Of a DNA stretch of 32,000 bases, positions 24,540 to 31,338 are shown piece after piece (positions within the stretch are counted from its first letter, which is position 1; each line of letters starts with the position of its first letter). This stretch comes from Halorhodospira halophila SL1 (GTDB lineage: Bacteria; Pseudomonadota; Gammaproteobacteria; Nitrococcales; Halorhodospiraceae). Location of the stretch: contig NC_008789.1 in NCBI RefSeq assembly GCF_000015585.1, forward strand, positions 420,001-452,000, given 5' to 3'. A program made the translations under genes and the position numbers. The notes beneath the pieces were generated by a model. The model was not told where the DNA came from. It worked only from the letters and a program-made list of their open reading frames with translations, and did not search any database.

Positions 24540-25300
24540 GACCACCCCGCTCCTTGTTCGAGCCACAGCGAACCGGCGACCACCAGGGCCGCCATGACCA
24601 GGAATGCCCAGTCCGAGCTACGGAGACGGTCCGCACGATAGCGAGACGCCTGTGTGCCGCCACCGAGCCCCTTGAGTTCCGCGGCCACCGCGAGGTCATC
24701 CGCGGTTCGCAGCGCGCGGAAGAGCAACGGCATGAAGATCAAGCGCAGCGAGGCAATCGGGTGGCGCAACAGCAGGAATGGGCCGGGCTTATACCCCTTG
24801 AGCCGCACCGACTCACCGACCTGCCGGATATCGAAAAGGAACGCCGGTACGAAGCGCACCATGGAGACCGCGGGCAGGTAGAGCCAATACGGCAGGTACA
24901 GCGACTTCAGGGCGGACAGTGCCCCCTGGACGCGGGATGACAGCGCCATCGCCAGCACGGTATTGAGCAGAATCGCTGAGCGGAGGAATGGAACGATGAC
25001 GTCGGCGATGTCGCCATAACCCAGCCGCGGGAGGACGAGCCCCATCAGCTGCATGAACCCCATAGCCATGAGCCAGAGGATCGCGAAGAGCAGGTAGGCC
25101 CCGATCAGGATCCCGTACCGTCGAGTCAGAGCGGCGTAGGCAGCACTGACGGCGAACAGGCTCAGCAGCACCCCCGGCGACTCGAGCACGATTACGGTTA
25201 CCGCAGCAGCTACGCTGATCAGCATCTTGGTCCGCATCGACACCCGGTGCAGCGGGGTCTGCCGCCCCTCGGGCGCATCAGTGATGGATGATACCGGCAT
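24536..25300 (-). CDS. ecfT: Energy-coupling factor transporter transmembrane (T) component, CbiQ/EcfT family
   Basis: 254-aa hydrophobic ORF. N-terminal TPLHRVSMRTKML matches the usual EcfT 'LHRLDPRTKL' opening. Contains Arg-containing coupling-helix-like segments (LRSAILL, MPLLFRALRTADDLAVAAELKG). Lies between the S component and the double ATPase. Confidence 0.8.
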   Translation of the reverse strand: MPVSSITDAPEGRQTPLHRVSMRTKMLISVAAAVTVIVLESPGVLLSLFAVSAAYAALTRRYGILIGAYLLFAILWLMAMGFMQLMGLVLPRLGYGDIADVIVPFLRSAILLNTVLAMALSSRVQGALSALKSLYLPYWLYLPAVSMVRFVPAFLFDIRQVGESVRLKGYKPGPFLLLRHPIASLRLIFMPLLFRALRTADDLAVAAELKGLGGGTQASRYRADRLRSSDWAFLVMAALVVAGSLWLEQGAGWS

Positions 25301-25877
25301 GACGCAGCTCCTGAATGAACCGTCGACCCAGCCATAGTCCGAGCAGGCTGCCCAGATAACTCAACGTCACCACAGCGGCAACCATCATCAGCAGACGTGG
25401 CTCCTCGCGAACCATCAATGCGCCCACCCCGAGACTGATGGCACGGACCAGGAACTCATGGACGGCGATCCCGATCAGCAACCCGACCATGCGCCGATAA
25501 CCGCCGAGCAGCCAGATGACCCCCTCGGCTAGAACACCGGCTAGCAACGACGCCGGTATGCGTACCGGATTACCACCGAGGATCAGGATGTCAACCACGG
25601 CACTGACCAGCAGAAAGATGGTCAACGTGCCCAGGCGCTGGACCCTGTGCAGTAGCACCAGAAGCAGCGCCGTCGATACGATGCTGCTGGCCATGAGCGT
25701 GACCGGATTCATGCCGCCGCCGAAGAGCACGATCAGCAGTCCGGTAACCTTCGCCAACGCGGCGAAGGTGCCCACCATCACCAGATCCGAGACGGACCAA
25801 TAACGACGGCCTCGCCGGAGGGACCCTGGCGCTGAGGCTGCACTGAGGTCCGAAACGCGGGGGTCGATGGTGCTCAT
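25278..25877 (-). CDS. Putative ECF transporter substrate-capture (S) component, 6 TM, specificity unknown (MptD-like?)
   Basis: 199-aa ORF with six helix-length hydrophobic segments and no soluble domain. The start ATG overlaps the upstream reductase stop (ATGA). The 3' end overlaps the EcfT start by 23 nt. The S-component call rests on size, topology and position immediately upstream of T and A-A'. Confidence 0.6.
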   Translation of the reverse strand: MSTIDPRVSDLSAASAPGSLRRGRRYWSVSDLVMVGTFAALAKVTGLLIVLFGGGMNPVTLMASSIVSTALLLVLLHRVQRLGTLTIFLLVSAVVDILILGGNPVRIPASLLAGVLAEGVIWLLGGYRRMVGLLIGIAVHEFLVRAISLGVGALMVREEPRLLMMVAAVVTLSYLGSLLGLWLGRRFIQELRHAGIIHH

Positions 25878-26563
25878 GGCGACGCCCCCTTCTCCGGATC
25901 TACGGTTTGGCGTCGCCGCGCCGCGGAGGGCTGGGTCGGATCAATGGCCGAGAAGGCCTGACCATCACCGTCCTGCTGGTCGATGACCGCCTCAAGCAAT
26001 GCCGCGAGATCGGCACGCCGGATGTTGCCGTGGGCATCAACGGCCCGCGTAAGTTCGGCCTGCCCCGACGGTGGCCCATCCAGCAAACCGCCGGGACGGA
26101 TCAGCAAGTGGGGCAGCCCCGAACCCCGCAGATAGTTCTCCGCGCGGGTCTTGGCATCGACGATCTGCCCGAACGCCTCGATCGCCTGGCGCGATCGGTA
26201 GGGGCGCGTTTCACCGCAGCCGATGGCGGTGACAAGCACCACACGGTAGGGATCCCAGCCGCGGGCCGCATCCGTGATCAGCATGTTCCCCATCTCATCC
26301 ACGAAGCGGCCCCTCTCGAGCATCCCGGACACCGTCGAGACCACGGCTGCGCCCCGGCCCGCAGCCTCGAACGCACGGGGCACCGAATCCGCATCGGTGA
26401 CATCGCCCTCGATGACATCGACCCCCAACCGCTCGAGTCCCTCGGCCTGCTGCAAGGCACGGGCGAGCGCCACCACCCTTCGGCCGCGGTCCCGCAGACG
26501 CTCGGCCAGCAACCATCCCACGCCCCGCGTGGCCCCGAACAACAGCACCGTCCGCATAGTCAT
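25874..26563 (-). CDS. NAD(P)-binding Rossmann-fold oxidoreductase, ChuY-like (candidate anaerobilin reductase)
   Basis: In-frame part of ORF 25874..26779(-). The ATG at 26563 (MTMRTVLLFGATRGVGWLL) gives the glycine-rich dinucleotide motif GATRGVG at the N-terminus. The start forms an ATGA overlap with the ChuX-like stop. The ChuY analogy is from position after chuW-chuX-like genes plus the NAD(P)-binding fold. Confidence 0.7.
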   Translation of the reverse strand: MTMRTVLLFGATRGVGWLLAERLRDRGRRVVALARALQQAEGLERLGVDVIEGDVTDADSVPRAFEAAGRGAAVVSTVSGMLERGRFVDEMGNMLITDAARGWDPYRVVLVTAIGCGETRPYRSRQAIEAFGQIVDAKTRAENYLRGSGLPHLLIRPGGLLDGPPSGQAELTRAVDAHGNIRRADLAALLEAVIDQQDGDGQAFSAIDPTQPSAARRRQTVDPEKGASP

Positions 26564-27117
26564 GGCGCCTCCTCGCCGTCCCCGACCCACAGGCGCGGAC
26601 GACCGGTTCTTTCCGCAGCCAGGGTCTGGAAACGCTGCAGCTGATCCGGTCGCACGCGCCTTTGCTCGTCTCGCCCGAGGAAGATCTTGAACATGCCCTC
26701 CCCTTCCGTGTTGAAGAACTGCAGCGAAGCCGTATCGCACCCCATGAAGGGACGACGGACCAGGAGAATCGCGGCGCACCGTTCAGGACGCAGATGGCCT
26801 CCCAAAGCCCCCTGTCCCTTCAGGTTGTAGAACCCGTGGGCACACTGGCCGGGCGGCATACGGCACCGGACCTCCAGGATCAGATCCTGGTTGTGAACGA
26901 TGACCAGAACCTCGCCCCAGTCACTCACCTCTTGGAGCACCGACTCGAAGTGCTCGCCGGAAACCTCGCACCAGAACGACCCCGGCAGGCAGCGGGTGGC
27001 ATCGAGGGGAGGCAGCCCGTGACGGCGAGCCACCTCCTCGATCACCGCATCCGGTTGTTCCGCAAGCTCCTGACGGACGGCCGCATGGGCCCGCTGCCTC
27101 GTGTCCTCAACCTGCAT
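26560..27117 (-). CDS. chuX: ChuX/HutX-like heme utilisation (cytosolic heme carrier) protein
   Basis: ORF 26560..27150(-). Start set to the ATG at 27117 (MQVEDTRQRAH), which has GGAGG 4-5 nt upstream. The core WGEVLVIVHNQDLILEV...AHGFYNLKG...LQFFNTEGEGMFKIFLGRDE resembles HutX/ChuX. Lies directly after the ChuW-like gene. Confidence 0.75.
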   Translation of the reverse strand: MQVEDTRQRAHAAVRQELAEQPDAVIEEVARRHGLPPLDATRCLPGSFWCEVSGEHFESVLQEVSDWGEVLVIVHNQDLILEVRCRMPPGQCAHGFYNLKGQGALGGHLRPERCAAILLVRRPFMGCDTASLQFFNTEGEGMFKIFLGRDEQRRVRPDQLQRFQTLAAERTGRPRLWVGDGEEAP

Positions 27118-28465
27118 GTACCCTCCTCTCGGCATCCAGTGCCTGGCCACAAATCTGCTGAAAACCCGAAATGAGATTCGGCGCCCAGAACCGCCCTGCC
27201 ACCGTCAGATGGAGGTCCTCGCCGCTCCATACGACTAAACCCGCTTCCACCCAACGCTCGATCAGTTGCCCGGGCCGTGGATCGGCCCGGACCGGCATCG
27301 GCATGCGCGCACGGAGGGCAGGCACCTCGAGACGACCAACCTCAACGCCGCCCATCAAGGCGTCACGAAGGGGCTGCAGGGCATCCGAAACCCGCATCAT
27401 GGCCACCGGTTTGTCACCCCGGGAGACAGCTCGCTCGTAGGCCTCCAGATCCGGGGTGTTGGCGTAGCTGTAGGGCTCTCGACTGCCGCCGGCTCCGGCA
27501 CCGAAAGCGAGTGTCTCGGCGCCGGACTTGATCAGGAGGTTGTAGAGGTTGCGCTCGCGCGGCGTCCGGGCCCAGTGGCTGTTACTGATCTGCCGCCAAC
27601 CCGCAGCCGTCAGCGCCTCGACCGCCTCCGCGTAGAACGCTGCCTGCTCCGGGAGCCCGGCCGGCTGCTCGATGCTCCCGCGCTCGACCTGCTTTTGCAG
27701 CGGAGTCCCCGGGATGAGCTTGAGCGCGTAGGTGTCCAGGCCGTCCAGCCCCAGCTCCTGACAGCTGTCCAGATCACGGTGCCAGCTGTCCATGTCCTGC
27801 CCCGGCAGACCGAACATCAGGTCGGTGATCACGGCGCCCTGCTCTTCGCTGGATAGCAGCGCAAGGCGCTCGGCCACCTCCTGCGCGGTGGCGATGCGGC
27901 CCTGTCGGCGGCGCACCTCGGTATCAAAGCTCTGCACACCGACCGAGACCCGATTGACCCCGCCGGCAAAGGCGGCGCGGACCTTCTCCTCGTTTAACCC
28001 GACGACGCGGGCTTCCAGAGTAATCTCGCAATCTGCGGCGAGAGGTAGGTACTCGCGGAGCACCTCCAGCAGCCGCGCCAGATCTTCCGCCGGCAGGTCG
28101 CTAGGCGTACCACCACCCAGATACACCGCCTGGATGGGCCGCTCCCCGACCAGTGGCTGACCCGCATCAAGCCGAATCTCCTCGATCAGCCAGTCGATAT
28201 ACCGGCTCAGGCGCGGCGCCGCGGAGCGGTGGCGGTAAAAGCCGCAGTACAGGCAGTTGCCCCTGCAGAAGGGGATGTGCACGTAGGCCAGACGCTTGCC
28301 GGCCGCCGGCTCCCGCTGCGCCACCCCGGCCCAGTGGTCGGGGATCTCTGGCGCAGATACCGATTGTTTGTCCTGCCGGGGCATGACCGGGCTGCGCGCG
28401 GTGAACGCGTAGCGCAACGGATCGCTCGTAACCGCGGGGTAAAGGCTTCCCAGCAGATCGCGCAT
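27107..28465 (-). CDS. chuW: HemN-like radical SAM enzyme, ChuW/HutW-type (anaerobic heme-degrading methyltransferase)
   Basis: 452-aa ORF. Radical SAM cluster motif YVHIPFCRGNCLYCGFY (CxxxCxxC), then GGGTPS and a HemN-type C-terminal domain. Assigned to ChuW/HutW rather than HemN/HemW on context (receptor upstream, ChuX-like downstream). Confidence 0.75.
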   Translation of the reverse strand: MRDLLGSLYPAVTSDPLRYAFTARSPVMPRQDKQSVSAPEIPDHWAGVAQREPAAGKRLAYVHIPFCRGNCLYCGFYRHRSAAPRLSRYIDWLIEEIRLDAGQPLVGERPIQAVYLGGGTPSDLPAEDLARLLEVLREYLPLAADCEITLEARVVGLNEEKVRAAFAGGVNRVSVGVQSFDTEVRRRQGRIATAQEVAERLALLSSEEQGAVITDLMFGLPGQDMDSWHRDLDSCQELGLDGLDTYALKLIPGTPLQKQVERGSIEQPAGLPEQAAFYAEAVEALTAAGWRQISNSHWARTPRERNLYNLLIKSGAETLAFGAGAGGSREPYSYANTPDLEAYERAVSRGDKPVAMMRVSDALQPLRDALMGGVEVGRLEVPALRARMPMPVRADPRPGQLIERWVEAGLVVWSGEDLHLTVAGRFWAPNLISGFQQICGQALDAERRVHAG

Positions 28466-28475
28466 GGTACCCCCC

Positions 28476-30659
28476 CTACCAGTCGAGTTCCGCGGACACG
28501 TAGTAGAAGCGCCCGCGCACTGGATCCGGCATCAGGCCGTAAAGGTGACTCGCCTCGTCTGACTCACGAGAGAGGCCGACCTGCGCGGGATCCGTGCCGT
28601 AGGGGCGTTCATCGGTGGCGTTCTCGACGCCGATGCCCAAGGTGACCCCCGCCGGCAGTTGCTGGCGCAGCCCCAAGTGCAGCAGCGTATAAGGCTCGCC
28701 GATTCCGGCCTGGTCACCGACATGCTCGACCCGCGTGTGAGCCATGGCTCTGAACCAAGGCGGTGTCTCGGCAAGCAGGCTGGCGCGCTGACGCGGGCGG
28801 CTCTCAAGCCGGTCGCCGGTCTCTCGATCGTGGGCGGCCAGGTAGGTGTAGTTGGCACGGACCTGGCTCCCGTCCGGCCAGCGCCAGCCGGCGTCCAGTT
28901 CCACCCCCTTGGTGCGGGCCTCGTCGATGTTGTCGTAGCGGCGCACATGGGCTCCGTCGGGTCGCGCCTCACCCGTCCGCTGCTCGACAATCTGATCCTC
29001 CACCTCGGTGCGGAACAGCGTAATGGCCGCGCGGCGATGGTCGCTGATCCGCTCCAGGGCCAGGCTGTAGCTGCGGGAGCGTTCCGGGTCGAGGTCCGGG
29101 TTGCCGTAGAGATGGAATTGCGCCTCCGGGTCCGGCATGTGCGAGTGGTCCATCTCGTAATCCTCGGAGAGCTGGAGCAGGTTAGGTGCGGCGAACCCCT
29201 CCGCGTAATCAGCCTTGATCCGTACCTCGTCGTTGATGGCGTATACGCCGCTAACCCGGGGGCTCACTTCCCCGCCATACTCGCTGTGCCCGTCCAGGCG
29301 GGCACCAAGGGTGACCAACAGGCGATCACCGAGCAGGTGGCTGCGGTTCTCGAGCCCCACGCCGTAATGGTGGGCCCGCTTTCGGGGTACCTCGGGCTCG
29401 TCAGCCACCTCCCGCTCGAAGGTCTCGCGCCGATAATCAACAACCGCGCTCAGACGCTGCAGCTCGCTCCACCACAGCCCACCGCGCGCCTGCGCGATAT
29501 CCTCGGTGTGCTGCATTTCGCGGGGCGCCATTTCAAAGACCGGCACCGCTTCTTGATCGGAAGACGGGCTTTCTCCGGGAGATGCTGGCGGCCAGTCGAC
29601 AAATGCTCGGATTTGCTCCCGCTCCGGTTCCTCGGCCTCCACGCGGGAGCGGTAGAGCTGAACCTGGCCATCCCAATCCGTGCGTTCCAGTTCGTAGGCC
29701 GCGCCAAACGCGTAGCGAGTCCATTCGACGCGCGTAGGCGCGTCGCCAAGCTCATCCAGATCCCAGATCGCGCCGTACATCTGCTGCCACGGGGGGAGTT
29801 CCTCGTCCCGGGGCTGGTCCCGCCCGGTCCGCTCCTCTTCCCCTGCACTGAGGAAGAATTCGAGCTCTTGCCCGGGAGCCAGATCGTAGAACAGGCTTGT
29901 GTAGCCGCTTAGCGCCTCGCGCCCCTCTTGGTAGTACTGGTCTTCGCTGTCGTCGTGATAATCGGGCAGCAACGCCGGCTCGGTATCGACAAAGTCCAGA
30001 CCCGCCATCGCACTCCAGCGCTCACTGAGTGGCCCACCGGCAAACAGCGAGTAATGCTGCTCCTCGCCGTCATAGCCCGAATCCAGGCTGCCGAAACGGG
30101 CGGTTGCGGTGCCTTGCCACTCATCGGTGGGGGGCCGAGTGATGATGTTGATGACGCCACCGAGCGCGTCGGCCCCGTGCACGGCAGAGGCGGGATTACG
30201 GACCACCTCGACGCGTTCGATGGCGGCGGTGGGTGGCAGAGCACCGGTGCGGAAATCATTGTGCGGGAAGAGTTCGTCGAGGTTATTGAGCCGACGCCCG
30301 TTGATCAGCATCAGCGTATGGCGAGGCTCAAGCCCCCGGATCTGGGGCCGTTCGCGACCACCCCGGACGGCCGTGGTGTCCACACCCGGGGTATCGCGCA
30401 GGATCTCGTCCAGGGTGGTGACCGGCCGACGCGCGATGTCCTCCCGGGAAACCTCGCTGTAGCCGGCAGGCGCCTGCTCGCGGCGCACTGCATCCAGGGC
30501 GGAGGTCACCACGACATGATCCAGCCCCGCGTCGCTACGGCCCTCCCCATCGTTCCCGGCAGGCCAGACCACACCGCTTCCGGTACACAGGCCCAAGCCA
30601 AGGCAGGCCAGACCCATCGACCGGCACCGCCCCAGCGCTCCACAGGATCTGTACCCCAT
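28476..30659 (-). CDS. TonB-dependent outer-membrane receptor, heme/hemoprotein-type
   Basis: ORF 28476..30665(-). Start set to the ATG at 30659, which has GGAGG 5 nt upstream (the listed start is GTG). TonB box-like DHVVVTSA. Plug motifs TLDEILRDTPGV, IRGLE and VEVVRNPASAVHGADALGGVINIITR. FRAP/NPNL-like pair GFAAPNL...H.H...H..GNPDLDPE. C-terminal aromatic residue (…ELDW). Confidence 0.9.
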   Translation of the reverse strand: MGYRSCGALGRCRSMGLACLGLGLCTGSGVVWPAGNDGEGRSDAGLDHVVVTSALDAVRREQAPAGYSEVSREDIARRPVTTLDEILRDTPGVDTTAVRGGRERPQIRGLEPRHTLMLINGRRLNNLDELFPHNDFRTGALPPTAAIERVEVVRNPASAVHGADALGGVINIITRPPTDEWQGTATARFGSLDSGYDGEEQHYSLFAGGPLSERWSAMAGLDFVDTEPALLPDYHDDSEDQYYQEGREALSGYTSLFYDLAPGQELEFFLSAGEEERTGRDQPRDEELPPWQQMYGAIWDLDELGDAPTRVEWTRYAFGAAYELERTDWDGQVQLYRSRVEAEEPEREQIRAFVDWPPASPGESPSSDQEAVPVFEMAPREMQHTEDIAQARGGLWWSELQRLSAVVDYRRETFEREVADEPEVPRKRAHHYGVGLENRSHLLGDRLLVTLGARLDGHSEYGGEVSPRVSGVYAINDEVRIKADYAEGFAAPNLLQLSEDYEMDHSHMPDPEAQFHLYGNPDLDPERSRSYSLALERISDHRRAAITLFRTEVEDQIVEQRTGEARPDGAHVRRYDNIDEARTKGVELDAGWRWPDGSQVRANYTYLAAHDRETGDRLESRPRQRASLLAETPPWFRAMAHTRVEHVGDQAGIGEPYTLLHLGLRQQLPAGVTLGIGVENATDERPYGTDPAQVGLSRESDEASHLYGLMPDPVRGRFYYVSAELDW

Positions 30660-30762
30660 TGCCACCTCCAGTCAGGCCAAAGAGCCAGCAGTCAAGGCGG
30701 GTGCAGATCAAGCGCACCCCCTCCCAGACCTGGCTGGCCCGCGCTGACTGGCGGCTGGCTAG

Positions 30763-30800
30763 GATTACGTAAACGATAACGATTCGTATTCCGGAGTCAA
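30763..30800 (-). promoter_or_regulatory. Candidate sigma70 promoter with overlapping Fur-box-like hexamer array for the receptor-chuWXY-ECF operon
   Basis: On the minus strand: TTGACT (30800-30795), N16, TATCGT (30778-30773). The + strand reads gattac gtaaac gataac gattcg tattcc (30763-30792), a run of GATAAT-like hexamers. GATAACGATTCGTATTCCG matches the 19-bp Fur consensus GATAATGATAATCATTATC at 11/19. Confidence 0.4.
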
Positions 30801-30833
30801 CCCTGCATACTGACCCGGGTCAGGAACCATCGC

Positions 30834-30888
30834 TTGCCCGCCCCATCGCGGCGGGCTAGAATCGCTACCGACAATGATTCTCATCCGC
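30834..30888 (+). promoter_or_regulatory. Candidate sigma70 promoter plus Fur-box-like site upstream of hemP
   Basis: TTGCCC (30834-30839), N17, TAGAAT (30857-30862). GACAATGATTCTCATCCGC (30870-30888) matches the Fur consensus at 13/19 and contains the palindrome AGAATC...GATTCT. Lies 64-82 nt upstream of the hemP ATG. Confidence 0.4.
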
Positions 30889-30951
30889 ACTAAAGCGGGT
30901 GTGCGCCCGGAGACACGGGCAAAAACGAACGGCTATCGAAGGGAAGGAGCC

Positions 30952-31158
30952 ATGACCAGAGAGGATCAGGAGCCGACGAAATCCCGCGTACACCAAGAGG
31001 CCCGCGCCCCCGGCACCGATCGGGAACAGCGGCCGCAGATTCCGCGCATCGACAGCGCGACCCTCTTCAACGGCGGGCAGCGTGTTCTCATCCACCACCG
31101 CGGCGAGGATTACCAGCTCCGGGCAACCCGCCAGGGCAAGCTCATCCTGACCAAGTAG
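30952..31158 (+). CDS. hemP: HemP/HmuP family hemin uptake protein
   Basis: In-frame part of ORF 30874..31158(+). AAGGAG lies just upstream of the ATG at 30952. The C-terminal IDSATLFNGGQRVLIHHRGEDYQLRATRQGKLILTK is the characteristic HemP signature (…Y.LR.T..GKLILTK). 68 aa. Confidence 0.8.
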   Translation: MTREDQEPTKSRVHQEARAPGTDREQRPQIPRIDSATLFNGGQRVLIHHRGEDYQLRATRQGKLILTK

Positions 31159-31338
31159 GTACCGGCGCCTCTCACGCACTGCGCCGCGGGCCACTTTCTA
31201 CCGTTTTGTATTCCATTTTAGCAAGCCAGGTGCACCCCCCCTCTCCGCACCCAGCCAGCCAACCCGATACGGGGTCCGTTCGTGGAGCACTCCACACCCC
31301 GGACGGGCTGACGACTGGCCAAGAGGAGAGTGATCACG

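Noticed and set aside
28659-30779. + strand ORFs at 28659..29912 (417 aa) and 29928..30779 (283 aa)
   Set aside because: They are antisense to the TonB-dependent receptor, which has a TonB box, plug motifs and a C-terminal aromatic residue.
31159-31338. AT-richer stretch (ttttgtattccattttagcaag) between hemP and the second receptor, as a third Fur box
   Set aside because: The match to the Fur consensus is poor when aligned by eye. It may simply be an internal promoter or spacer.
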